Of a DNA stretch of 64,000 bases, positions 25,515 to 39,029 are shown one piece after another. Under the pieces are notes generated by a model. That model had not been told where the DNA came from and did not search any database. It worked only from the letters and a program-made list of their open reading frames with translations. A program made the position numbers and the translations under genes. This DNA comes from Octopus sinensis (lineage: Eukaryota). The stretch covers positions 92,070,001 through 92,134,000 of the forward strand of contig NC_043006.1 in the NCBI RefSeq assembly GCF_006345805.1. Direction: 5' to 3'. The number at the start of each line of letters is the position of its first letter. Position 1 is the stretch's first letter.

Positions 25515-27609
25515 CATGCTTGTATGTATGTATAGGTATATGGATCGATGTAAATAACTTTGTATACAGAAAAGTACAAGTGAAGGAAATCAGTTACTAC
25601 CGTTCAGAGCCGAGCGTATAAACAAGATTTAGTGAAACTGATAACCGCACTCACCCACATTGAGAAACACACTCATACATATACGCACAGAGAAGAGAGT
25701 CGTCAGAACGTCGGATGAAAATGATTAAATCTGTTACTATATTTATGTAATTCTTCTGCGGTAGAATTACAAATCTCGACTTTGCCTTTCGGGAGATTAT
25801 AAGGAAGTACTAGACGAGTGGTGCTGCACGCTTTGATTTTACCAGCTGTTACACGAGGGATGCCCATGAACCGATGGGTTGAAATATATGTGCTGTTTGT
25901 CTTGTCACCTAAATGAACTGACGGGTGTTTGGACCATGCCATTAAGTCATCCTCGGTTTCGACGTGTGTGTGCTCGTGTGTCTGTGTGTGTGTCTGAGCG
26001 CGTACGCAACTGGTACTTAATTTAATAACCCCGAAAGGATGAAAGGCAAAGTTGACCTCGGCGGAGTTTAATGATATATATATTATAGTTGTATATATAT
26101 ATTATAGTTGTATATATATATATATATATATATATACATAAATGGCAAAAATTGAATATATATATATACACAAACAGTTTATCACATTATATTATATTTA
26201 TACAATATGAAGTTAATTTGTAACTTCCAAAATTTATAGTCTAATGGTGCAGCAGATGTTTATAATACAGCATATACCAAGATAGAAAATGACATATTTC
26301 ACAAGACGGCATTTAAAATAATGTAACTTCTGTAGCATAAATGATATTAATATATTTTATTATTCCTGGGCCAGAAAGACGTCTTATCTTCTTCTCTCCA
26401 TTTATATTTCATTTTCGTCTTTCTTTATTTCAGAAGATCTAACAACGTTGGAATCTTCAATTCTTAAAGTTTCTTAACTTAAAGTTAACACCTGACGGGT
26501 TGTATTACGTACTTCTTAAGTCTTTGTATGGTTTGCCTGTTCTTAGAGCACTTTTTTCTTTCCATTTTTCTTTCTTTCTTCCCTTTTTTTAGGTTTCTTT
26601 TACATTTCTTTTTCATTTTACATTTTAAATTGTAATTTTCTTTCTCACTTATAGGTTCCAGAAAACATTTGAGCGAAAAGAATCGCGAGAAGGCCAATAT
26701 ATAAAATGGATAAATTATCATTTTGTATGTCACCTTGTATATCTTGATTATTTACCTCCCCGAACGCCACCCCTATTCCCAATATAAGCCGTATTAGTTA
26801 TCAGGGACAAATATTACTGTAGGAGAAAATCGAAATGGCATTTATGTAAAATTGGTTAGTATTAGCATAACCAATATATATATGTATATATATATATATA
26901 TATATATTGAGGTTAGAAATACTTGTTTGCAATTGGTTTGATACAAGTAAATTATAAGCATGTTATAGCATACTATACTTTCTTTCGTTCTGGTCATTCC
27001 GTCCGGCAGATAGGCAGATATTTTCTTCGTACTGGATTTCATTCCAAAATCCATTGCTTGTGCGGGCATCTATTTAGTAAGTAGGTCTGCCAAGGAAAAT
27101 CTGTTGACTTGTTTAGGGAATCTACATAGTATATTCTTAACTAAATTATTGATTCTGTTGATAGTACGGCTAGAATGATTGCACATATAGAAGAATGTCT
27201 CATAAAGTTTCTGGTATGGGAAATATTAAGGAATAATTTTCAGTGCGGTACACATCGAGGGAATTGTATTAACAAGATAGTTGGGTCGTTAGATCTTAAA
27301 AAACAATTAAATACTCCAATACCTCTGACTTTCTGAAGGACTAGGATTCTTTAATGACCTCAATGTAAAATCAAACAGTATAAAGCTATTCAAATTTTAT
27401 TTCGTAAGATATGGAAACGCCTATTACGTGGCTGACGACGGGTAACATTTGAGGATCTTGCTAATGCAAAACTGTGTTAATGTGAATTTTCTTCTGTAAA
27501 CCTAATTTATCGCAGTCTGTTTTCTCGCATATGTGAAGACTGTTGTGAATTTACAAGTATTTCATGTTGACTACTAGTTTTGCATAATACATTTACAATT
27601 AATACTAAT

Positions 27610-28700
27610 CATTGATAGACAGATAGACTGATAGATAGATAAATAGGTAGCTAGCTAGCTAGCTAGATAGAGATAGAATGATATATCGATAGATAAACAG
27701 GTGGACAGAGATAGAAATATATATCGATAGATAAACAGACAGACAGACGGACTGATATATAGATAGATAGATAGAAAGTTATTTAGATAGATAGATAGAC
27801 AGACAGACATATATATATATATATATATAAAACACCCATACACTCACACTCACATACGCACACACCAACATAAACACGCACACGCACACACACACCTACA
27901 CTCCCACACACATACACACGCACCTACATACACACACGCACGCATACACACGCATACACACATACATTACACACGTACACACACACCTACATACACATGC
28001 ATACACACACACACACAAACATGCACGGACACACCCAGACATACATACATACACCTATATACACACGCCCACACACCTACATACACACACATATACACAC
28101 GCCCACACACCTACATACACACACATACATACACACACATACACGGACACACCCATACATACTTACATACATACACCTATACACACACGCCTACACACCT
28201 ACATACACACACATGCATACACACACACATGTACGCACATACACACACATATACGCACATACATATATACCCACACACATGCACACACACACACACGCAC
28301 ATGCACGCATGCATGCACACGCGTACACCTACACGCATACACACACACACGCACGTACACATACATACATACACACACGCATACATACACCCATACACAT
28401 ACATGCATCCTACACACACATACATACACACTCACACATACATACACACACACACACACTCACTCACACCTGTATGTACGCGCACACACATGCACATACA
28501 CACACTTCCCCACACCCACACGTACATACATACACACTCATACACATACACACACACACACACACACGGACATACATCTATGCACACACATATATACACA
28601 CATACTCACATACATTCATCGGACACACTGCCACCCTGACATACACACAGACACACTCACACATCCACACACATACATACTTACGCGCATACTCGTAGGC
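27610..28700. repeat. (GATA)n followed by a long cryptic (CA/TACA)n tract
   Basis: Visible directly; explains the His/Thr-rich ORFs. Confidence 0.9.
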
Positions 28701-28739
28701 GCGCGCACACACGCGCTTGCGCCGGTTCGCGCACGCATA

Positions 28740-29510
28740 CGCGCCGCATGCACCTCGCTCTTGGACCCGACGAGACCTCCCGCCCGTTCCTGGGACCGTC
28801 GCTTGTCGTTGGGTTTCCCACGCCCGTCTCCGCGGGACCACTCTTCCATCTTCCCCTCAGCTGGAGTCCTTTTTCCTTAACCCCCCCCTTTTTCGTTACA
28901 CACACGCGCACACATATACACACATTGCTTAAATATATACATTACTCTTACACACATTCAATCTACTCGCCATTAATACTACCACGACACTGGACACACA
29001 CACATACTACTACTCAACACAGGCTGGCACGCTACATACGCCCCCACCCCTTCCCCTCCCTCCCTTCCTCCTTCCTTCTTTTTCTTACTACTGACCTTTG
29101 TCTGCTATGCTGACCACTGTCTCGCCCTACCTCACACGCCTACACACAGACGCACACACTAACACATACATATATTTTTTGTTTTTTTATCTCGCCTCAC
29201 ACACATACACACACGCACACACTCACACATACACACACATCTGTTGCGTTACCAATCTTGTCTCCACTCTTTTGCCTTTAAAAACCTACTTTGCTCTTGT
29301 TATCGTAAACTTCCGCCTTTCACCATGTGTAACTCGTAAACACCAGTCGTTTTTTTTCTCTATCCCTGTTGCCCGCTTTGGGATCTTTCTTTCCTCTCTC
29401 TTCCTTCTTTATGTTTCCGACGAAGAGCTCCGCTCGAAACGTCATACCTCCCTGCTTCCATTTCCTGAGCGCCTATTAATAATAATACTGTAATTGTTCC
29501 ATTGTTGTTG
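28740..29510 (+). mobile_element. Probable Penelope-like element 3' remnant
   Basis: A GC-rich decayed segment, a CA-rich UTR-like stretch, then a hammerhead-like motif at 29417-29443 and an AT-rich tail. Coding homology is weak and was judged by eye. Confidence 0.4.
29417..29443 (+). ncRNA. Decayed minimal hammerhead-like motif
   Basis: CCGACGA-A-GAGC-tcc-GCTC-GAAA-CGTC, with palindromic ACGT stem III and a GUC triplet. U4 is changed to C and stem I is poor. Confidence 0.45.
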
Positions 29511-29537
29511 TTTTTTTTGTTTTCCCGTTTGGATTAA

Positions 29538-29588
<51 letters not shown>

Positions 29589-29596
29589 ATATATAT

Positions 29597-29668
<72 letters not shown>

Positions 29669-31009
29669 GTAATACTCCCTAATATAAAATTTCAAGAAGT
29701 CGAAATTTGTTTTGGTTGAGACAGACGTGATCAGATACAACAGCCAGTGTTACTCAGTAAAAATAGTAAAATTCTTTAAGTGGAGATAATTACAATCGCA
29801 TTTTTCTTCCCCATATTATATCTTTCAGATTTTTCTAACATTTCAAATCATTGACCTAACTTAATAGGTAACCAGCCTGTAAAGTTAATAAACATCTACC
29901 CCTACTTTGAGCCACCAAATAGCTTATCATATGAAAACATTATTGTATGTTAATCGGTATATTTAATTTCGATATTTGCTATGATATAAAATCATATAGC
30001 TTTTCTACAAATAGAGACACACTTAGTTTCTTATTTGAACATAGAATTACGCTGCTTCATAATGATGTATGCGAACGATTATACGTCTCTACCCAATAAC
30101 GTATAATTTTAAATTACACTACCTCATTCATAACGCCATCTGCTATGGAAAATTATATGTTTCCATATTTCGTGTTTTTGATAGTTGCCATGAAACTACC
30201 GGCAAAATTACACTAATCTAATATAGCACAAAAATTCCTTGTAAACATACAAATTTACATTAGCCCTAATTAATATTCCATTAATAACTTCTTGTCTGAT
30301 GTGTTATAGTATAGTGGAAACGAAAATAAGTTTAGCTTCCTCAGTACACGTTATAACTCATTCCTGCTATATGGTTTCTAAACTGGGAGAACCCAATTAT
30401 CATTAGACTGTATAACAATACTTGTCATTTTCTTGTACGCACAAAAATTTGGGAGACACTCGTATACATTATTTACATTATTTGTCCTCATCTTGTTTGT
30501 TGTTAACACAACGTTTTGGCTGATATACCCTCCAGCCTTCATCAGGTGTCTTGGGGAAATTTACTACTATTTTTATAAGGCCGTGTTTTTCTTACTATAT
30601 CCCGTTTCAGGTTAAATTCTATATTATTCCTTTTCAGTTCTCAAATTTTACTAGACAATGTTGTGCAACCTGCCTTGTGTTTAAGCCTAAAGGAGGAAAA
30701 ATGATTGTTTAAATGTTTTTTTAACCGAAATAAAGATAGTTGTTATTTGAAGTCACTATTGTACATTTATAAATCACATTTTGGACCAAACAGCGGCCAG
30801 ACACCGGACATTTCGATCTAATCCTACAATTACAACTGGGGGGATAATTTCTGGTACTAGTATTATTTATGGACAATTCGTTTTCATTTCCGTTACTCGA
30901 GTTTATTATTAGTATTAGTGTTATTTCCTCTAATAGTATGTATATTGTTATGTAAACTGGGGTTACTAGTTATTAATCTATTCTCACTATCATCACCTAC
31001 TACATTTTT

Positions 31010-31058
31010 ATCTATACTAGCTATATTATTGATGTTGTTATCACTATTTATATTAATG

Positions 31059-31111
<53 letters not shown>

Positions 31112-31190
31112 ATTATTATTATTATTATTATTAACATTATTATCATTATTATTATTATCATTATTATTATCATCATTATTATTATTGCTA

Positions 31191-31237
<47 letters not shown>

Positions 31238-31260
31238 TCTATTATTATTGTTGTTACTAT
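31010..31260. repeat. (TAT)n microsatellite
   Basis: Visible directly; explains the poly-Leu ORF. Confidence 0.95.
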
Positions 31261-31487
31261 TTATTCTATCTCTAGCTAACTGTTTACTATTTTCATTCGT
31301 ATTATTGAGTTTATATACTAGGTTTTTTTCTTCTATTCATTTATGTTTATTTAGAGTATGAGATTCTATGTTACTTGAGCTATTTACATTATCTTCATAA
31401 TTTAAGAGATTTATGTTATCAAGATCTAGGAAGGTGATTTCCTGGTCGTATCCAGCCCTGGATAATGCAACATTATAATGATTTCAG

Positions 31488-31585
31488 GTTGGTCTCTGTT
31501 GATGTTAAATCATTTAACTTTTCCGTGATACAGAGGTCTCATATGTACATACATGTATAGGTATATGTTTATATGAATATACATA

Positions 31586-31644
<59 letters not shown>

Positions 31645-31723
31645 ATATACTTATACATGTATGTACATATAAGACCTCTGTATCACGGAAAATTTAAATG
31701 CTTTAACATCAACAGAGAGCAAC
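31488..31723. repeat. Inverted repeat (~86-bp arms) centred on (TA)n
   Basis: 31488-31573 versus 31637-31723, with a few mismatches. Confidence 0.93.
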
Positions 31724-32049
31724 TTGAATATCAGGAATTGAACTTCCGTTGCTTACACGTGGCCCTATTTTGAGCGTACCACTTCTCCACTCCAGATAAC
31801 CTAAACTATGTCCTATATACTCTTCTACACTTTCATACTCATAGCCACACCACATCAATTCGTCTAAGTTCTCAACAACTCTGGCTTCAATTCAAGCGTC
31901 TATAGCATAAATGCACAGCATTTTATAAAGTCTTATAAAAGTTTTATTATTTATGAATTTTGTGAAAATAATAAGAAAATTAGCACGCACATCTCCATAC
32001 GTTCACACAAGTGTACATGTGTGTATGAATGCGCCTATGCCTATATTTA

Positions 32050-32219
32050 TGATTTTACAAGTTGACAAGTAAAGGGAGGTAATTGGTTGTTATTATTGTT
32101 ATTGTTGTCTGTAAAGGAGATAACTGTTTAGGTTTTGGGTGGGGAAAAATATGTATACAGACAACAATAACAATAATAACAACCAATTACCTCCCTTTAC
32201 TAGTCAACTTGTAAAATCA
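32050..32219. repeat. Inverted repeat (64-bp arms, 42-nt spacer)
   Basis: 32050-32113 versus 32156-32219, one mismatch seen. Confidence 0.95.
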
Positions 32220-32390
32220 TTCACTCGTGAATCTCATTATAAACAACATGGACCCATTTTCTTCTTCAGAAAAATATATTTTCATATAAATTAAACATTG
32301 TATCATGAATAGCGATTGCGAAATCGGTCGATACATTAAAAATTATACTATAACCATGTAAGTGTGCGTATTTTCCGTTTTTATTTTTCT

Positions 32391-32472
<82 letters not shown>

Positions 32473-32555
32473 ATGTGTGTGCGTGTGAGTGTAAGTGTAC
32501 GTATGTATATTTGTGTTTGTGTGAGGATGTGCATCTGAGTGCATGTATGTGCATT

Positions 32556-32766
32556 CGAGGTCTGATCAATAATTATCCGGACTGTTGCCATAATTACGAA
32601 GCTAAAGCCCACACAGTGAAACCGCCTGGCACAGATTAACCTTGACCTCTGCTGTGCAAGCGCACCAAATTTGTACGTTCTAGCCCACTTCAGCTATTTA
32701 TAGCATTGCTTGGAAGGGAGGCGTGTAGTGTGTGATCGTCGCTGTGACCATGACAGAGAAAGTTGT
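32556..32766 (+). mobile_element. Mariner 5' end remnant
   Basis: TIR-like start cgaggtctgatcaataattatccggact, and a leader ending in ATG ACA GAG AAA GTT (MTEKV), where it is truncated. The family is recognised from memory. Confidence 0.6.
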
Positions 32767-34199
32767 CATGTCAACCTGCACAATATGACTTAGAGAAGCC
32801 ATGATTCTTAGTGTCTATAAATTCCTATTCTTCTTTTTCTAGAGACTTCAACTGTCACGAGGCCACTCTACAAATTTCTGCTAGAATTATTATTTTTGGT
32901 GGGTTTTCATGTTTTGCATCTTTGCCAATAATGATTCTTGTTTTCTGTTCTGATGCGGAGGCCTCCAAAACATATCATCAACCACGGCCATGTGCTCAGC
33001 ACCGTTGCAGCGAAGACTCCGCTGCTCTCAGTGATAACCATATAGCAGGTTTCGCATGACAAGAAAATTGCTTTCAGATTTATCTCAGGAGAGTCTCAGC
33101 TAGGCTCGAAACCAGAACAAGCACTCTTTTTTTTCCTACCTTCAAGTATGAAAAATACATTTGCTTACATTTTCCCTGTTCATTCCATTGCAAATCACAT
33201 TGATCGCTAAAAGACTTGCATTATTTTTAATGCATATTTTTCAATGAAACAAACCAGTAAGCTACGTTCATCTAAATGTTTATATCTCTCCGTATCCATC
33301 CGGCTATTTATCTGCATCTCTTCCTTTCCACTCACTCATCACTCACTCACTGTTTCTCTCTCTCTATCTCTTACACACATACACACACCCGCACACAGAA
33401 AAATAATGTCTGTACTTCCGAAAGTATTTTTTGCTTGTGTTTTTCTGTAAATGGTTGTGTATGAGTGTGGCTACATGTGTGTGTGTAAGTATTTGTGTGG
33501 AGAACACTCACACACACACTCACACACACACACACGCACACACACACAAACACACACACACACACACACACGCTGCTGTACGTCCTTTCTAAAATTCAAA
33601 GCATAAATGACGTAACGATATATACAGAAGTGATAAAAGCTTTGTTTCTCCCCCCACACACACACGTATTCTAAAGAAATTCACAAAGAAAAGGTCTTTT
33701 AAAATTAATTTTTAAAAAATACCAGAATTAATTCACGATTAATGTGATATTGTTTTCAATGTATCTTAGCTATTATCATAACAAAGAGCAGATGAATATT
33801 TAAAATCTTATTATATTAACAATTATTGGTATTTAATGTCTATAGAAAAACACTAAAAACGAAAATCCCTTTTATATCGAGTGAGCCAACAGTAGTTTTC
33901 GATGAAATTATATGCATTTCTTTTAAACATTCTAAATGTTATTGTCATCATTAATAACACATTTGTTCTAAATAATAATACATACAATTGTATTGAGGTA
34001 ATATTATTTTCAGTTGAAAATATGCTAAAAAATTTGCGCAATACAAAAAACATTGAAATAGTTCATTGTTTGAAGAAATTCTGAATTCGCTAATTTTTTT
34101 ATATTTTCTTTCAACTTCGGTTTTCGTGTACACACAACATTTTAAATATGTGGGTGTAGCCAATAACATAGCTCGTATGATAATATTCTTTTTTTAATC

Positions 34200-34750
34200 T
34201 AGGCACAAGGTCTGAAATTTTAAGGGAGGCCGTCTAGTCGATTAGATCGACCCCAGTACGCAACTGGTACTTAATTTATCGACTCCAAAAGGATAGAATG
34301 CAAAGTTGACCTCGGCGGAATTTGAACTCAGAACCTAAAGATGGATAAAATACCTATTTCTTTACTACCCACAAGATGCTAAACACAGAAGAGACAAACA
34401 AAGACAGACAGACGTATTAAGTCGATTATATCGACTCCAGTGCGTAACTGGTACTTAATTTATCGACCCTGAAAGGATGAAAGGCAAAGTCGACCTCGGT
34501 GAAATTTGAACTCAGAACGTAGTTGCAGACGAAATATCTATTTATTTACTACCCACAAGGAGCTAATCACAGAAGGGACAAATAAGGACAGACAAATGGA
34601 TTAAGTCTATTATATCGACCCCAGTGCGTAACTGGTACTTAATTTATCGACCCCGAAAGGATGAAAGGCAGAGTCGTCCTCGGCGGAATTTGAACGTAGC
34701 GACATATGAAATACTGCTGAGCATTTCACCCGGCGTGCTAACGTTTCTGC
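34200..34750 (-). mobile_element. Family C SINE with three tandem 184-bp units
   Basis: The anchor agtc(g/t)att recurs at 34236, 34420 and 34604. Each unit contains actggtacttaatttatcgac..cctcggcggaatttgaac. Confidence 0.9.
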
Positions 34751-35009
34751 TTCATATGATAATATTCGTTTCAAATATTGGCACAAGGCCAGCAATTTCG
34801 GGAGTGTGGGCAAGTTTAATGAAATACTATTAAGTTTCTTACTCAGCGTCCATAACGATTTTGCCAGTTCCCCGCCTTACTTGGGATTGGTATAAGATTT
34901 CATAAATTGTGAGAAGATAGAATACTCATAGAATCTAGGTTAGCCTTAAACTCGAATGAGAGTAGCAGGGATGTAAGTTTACTGGCATCTTTATGAAGTA
35001 TGTGTGAGT

Positions 35010-35283
35010 GGAATTCGCTTACGACGACGAGAGTTCCAGTTGATCTGATCAACGGAACAGCCTGCTCGTAAAAATTTACATGTAAGTGGCTGAGCACTCG
35101 ACAGACACGTGTACAGATTCAGCGTGACACAGACAGGCCCTATGAAATAGGGAAGAAAGAGAGAGAAGAAAGTTGTAGTGAAAGATTACAGCAGGGTTCG
35201 CCACAACCGCCTGCCAAAGCCTCGTCAAGCTTTAGGTGTTTTTGCGCAATAAACACTCACAACGCCCGGTCTGAGAATCGAAA
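35010..35283 (-). mobile_element. Family B SINE, 5'-truncated
   Basis: The reverse complement shares cgattc.cagaccgggcgttgtgagtg..aacacctaaagc with 12227-12400, and shares its tail with 44746-45033. Confidence 0.85.
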
Positions 35284-35294
35284 TATATATATAT

Positions 35295-35402
35295 AAAGTG
35301 TATAAAATATTTTTATACACAGGGAGGGGACCCTTGACAGAAAGAATTCATGTAAGGTGTCCTGTCAAAGGTCTCTGTGTATAAAAATATTTTATACACT
35401 TT
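35295..35402. repeat. Nested inverted repeat
   Basis: Perfect 28-bp outer arms (35295-35322 and 35375-35402), each itself a hairpin. Inner 12-bp arms gacccttgacag and ctgtcaaaggtc. Confidence 0.93.
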
Positions 35403-35529
35403 TATATTTTAAAAAATATATTAATTCTTCTGACATTTATTTATGCATGTAATCGCTGTCAATAAATTATTTCATTTTATTACCCTCATATTTACGATAT
35501 ATATGTATGTATGTATATTTCTATATCTG

Positions 35530-35575
<46 letters not shown>

Positions 35576-35674
35576 TAAATATGTATATATATATATATGT
35601 CTTTATATGTGTATACACACGCACACGCTTATATATATACATCTGTGTGTGTGACGACATAGAGCGAGCGAGCG

Positions 35675-35749
<75 letters not shown>

Positions 35750-36556
35750 GGACTTTAGGCATACTTGATTCTTTCACCTATGTATATTTGCTTTAAATCA
35801 AAACATCGGAAACTGGCAGCTCCGTTCATCGAAAGAAGCCCATTGCGATATTTGTTCTGTCCATCGTTACACTGGCAATCTCAGATAAATCATGCTGCTG
35901 AAAACGCCCATTATCAGTTCATTGCAAACTTGTAATCAATGATGCCTTAATTAATCAATTGCGATATAAATTATACAAATAGGTAAGTATATAAATTGAA
36001 ATTTCTTCGACTCTAATTGCTTAAAATAAACATTTCGTTTCATGGAAGAATACTACCTAATTATGAAAGAATTGTTTTAGATTGACGTAAATCCAGCCTA
36101 CGAGACGTTATTGATCAAAGAATAATGAAGTCTGTGATGATCTTAACCCGTTTAGAACTGGTGTTGCGTCACCGTTCTATTATTATAAAGTTTTAAACAA
36201 TTTTCTTTGATACCATGAGTATTAAGTTATGACAGGAAGCACCATCAAATGATTAACTTCCAGAGAGATGAAGGTAAAATTAGGCGACATCGATATTTGT
36301 ACTGAATGCGAATTTGAAAGAAATATAATCCGGTTCTTTACGTAACCCTATTCTACAAGCTGCCGTCGTCTCCAGTTCCTTGTAATTAGTATAATGTGTT
36401 TATTCGTGTCATTCAGAAGATGTTTGTGAAACGATTGAAACTATTCAAACATATTTCGTTTTTGGAAACATGATATTTCTTTATTGTCATTCCTGTTTCA
36501 AGTTTGTAAAAACATACGCTTGCCAATATATGAACTCAGACGATTTGCACATATAT

Positions 36557-36557
<1 letters not shown>

Positions 36558-36601
<44 letters not shown>

Positions 36602-36775
36602 ATACATACACACACACATACATACATACATACACACACACATACATACACACATACATACATACATACATACATACACATACATACATACACACACATA
36701 CATACACACACACATACATACATACATACACACACATACATACACACATACATACATACATACATACATACAAAC
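36558..36775. repeat. (CA)n/(CATA)n microsatellite
   Basis: Visible directly. Confidence 0.95.
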
Positions 36776-36799
36776 ATGCAATATGTGCGAGAGCATAAA

Positions 36800-36934
36800 G
36801 CAGCGAGCTGGCAGACACGTTAGCACGCCGGTCGAAATGCTTAGCGGTATTTCGTGTCTTTACGTTCTGAGTTCAAATTCCGCCGAGGTCGACTTTGCCT
36901 TTCCTCGTTTCGGGGTTGATAAATTAAGTACTGA
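36800..36934 (+). mobile_element. Family C SINE head, 3'-truncated
   Basis: gcgagctggcagacacgttagcacgccgg..gagttcaaattccgccgaggtcgac with tRNA-like A/B boxes. Confidence 0.88.
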
Positions 36935-36936
36935 GG

Positions 36937-38555
36937 TCTGTTCCTCCACTCATGGATGCTACAAGCCCTTCAACTTGCTATATTTCCAGTGAGAATTGTC
37001 AAAGCCATAGCTGACCTGACTTCATCATGGTCACCATCTTGAAATTAAACAAAGAGTGACAGTATTATCACCGATAGAATACAGTACCGCAAAGGCATAT
37101 TCGAAGGAGACACCCATCTCTGTGATGTTGTTTATACTTTGTCATTCATGTTAAGAAATTCTGAAGAATATCTCACTGGTACACAAGGAAACAGAAATAC
37201 CAAAATTCCACACTGTTTCTTTCTGGATGACATGAAACATTAAGCAAAGAATATGCATGAGATGAAAAAGAGCCTTCACCTAGTTACAACATCTTCAAAG
37301 GATGTAGGAATGGAGTTTGGTCACGTGAATTGTTGTCATGTGATTCTGAAAAGGGGAAAAACTATAAACCGGATTGCTAACATCTCCATCAATGATTTGA
37401 ATGTCTCCCCTGTATCTGACGAGGAATGTTACAAGTATCTAGGTGTGAATGAAAATATATATTGCAATGGCACCTGTAGCAAAACATGTGTCAGTAAAGA
37501 AATTTACAGACGAATAAAGAAAATATGAACCTCAGAACTCTGTGCATTAATATCGATCCAAAATGCCTTTGAATGTCGCATCATATCCCTTCGGGAACAT
37601 CTTTTAACCACCAAGTGTCGAAGTGCATCCCTTGACCAAGTTTGCAAACATGAATCTGATAACATCACAAGACTTGGAAGGCAGCTCCTTGAGCAACATT
37701 CCTTGTCTGATAACCTTAAATACATGCCCAAAGAAGTCACAACCTATCATTAGATGAAAGGGTGAGCCTATATGAGCAGAAGATTATGCACAGAAAAAGC
37801 TCCGTGATGATAGTAACATCAATCATCAAAGCAGTTTACCATGGACCAATAGCCGAATTACTACCTCCCACTGTGAAGGGTATACGTTTGCAATCCAGTA
37901 ACAGGAAATATCAACCAAATACTTGATGCACAAAAGGGATGGAAATGCAGGAAAAGCCGTAAAATGTGACAACCGATGCAGACTTTGTGGAGTTAACACT
38001 GAAGATATCACCCACATCATAAGCAGTTGTTCGAAAATGTCATCACGGTATTATCTACCGAGGAGACAAGGCCTTGTAGCTAGGACACTCTATAATGAAA
38101 TCCGTCGGAAGGATAATCCTGAGGACAATGAAATAAAAACCCACAATATGGTAGAAGCCGTAACCACTCAAAAAGTAAAGGAACACTGGTGGAATAAACC
38201 ACTGAAGATCTCAATAAAATGTAAGCACAACAGACCTGATATAAGGATTTGGGATAGAGAAGAGAAACTGTGTACAGTTGTGGAAATTAGCTGCCCAGTG
38301 GATGTTAACATAAAGCTGAAGATCAGTGAAAAGGAGAATATCTACGCTTAACTTTTGAGAAATCTGCAGTTACTCTATCGAGATTACAAGTTCAGGTTTA
38401 TAGCTGTAATTATAGGGACCTGGATATGTAAAACACTGCCTAAATACCAATCTTGAGAAATTAGGCTTCTCAAAAAAAAGAAGCTGATTTGAAGGCTTCA
38501 GATCCAAATCATCCCTGTAAAAATTTCTAAGACTTTCCAGAAATTTATCATTTAA
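36937..38555 (+). mobile_element. Degenerate RLE-type (R4-like) non-LTR retrotransposon fragment
   Basis: Remnants in order: VPHSWMLQALQ, GIFEGD, FFLDDMK, GMEFG..C, YKYLGV, CRLC..EDITHIISSC, HNRPDIRIWD..VVEISCP..EKENIY. Many stops and frameshifts. Confidence 0.88.
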
Positions 38556-38859
38556 ATATATATGAGTATGTCTAGATATGCAACTATATGTAGATAAAAT
38601 ATAAATATTAATATATACAATCTGCACATACATTATACATACAAACAGAATCACCCTCTTGTTCATGTTTACATTCCAATGAAACGAGCCTTGTATCTAG
38701 GTAAGAAATCGCTTCTTTCTCTACTGATACGAAATCTTAAAATAAACTGAATAATGACATACATACATAAGTATTTACATATGTAGATGCGTATAATATC
38801 TGAAAATCAGTAGGTACATATGTATTTAATATATACTACTTAATATGTGATACATGATA

Positions 38860-38885
38860 TATATACATATGTATATAATATACAT

Positions 38886-38916
<31 letters not shown>

Positions 38917-38920
38917 ATAT

Positions 38921-38985
<65 letters not shown>

Positions 38986-39029
38986 ATATATATAATATAT
39001 ATATATATATATAAATATATATATATATA
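38860..39029. repeat. (TA)n-rich tract
   Basis: Visible directly. Confidence 0.95.

Noticed and set aside
27997-28698. His/Thr-rich and Cys/Val-rich ORFs here and throughout the window
   Set aside because: Translations of (CA)n/(TG)n, which lack stop codons.
30918-31361. Poly-Leu, poly-Ile and poly-Tyr ORFs (also 52825-53475 and 58359-58646)
   Set aside because: Translations of (TAT)n arrays.
32767-33060. Continuation of the mariner transposase after MTEKV
   Set aside because: No frame on either strand resembles a transposase; left unassigned.
34200-34750. CRISPR-like or direct-repeat array interpretation
   Set aside because: Eukaryotic context, 184-bp SINE-derived units, no unique spacers and no cas genes.
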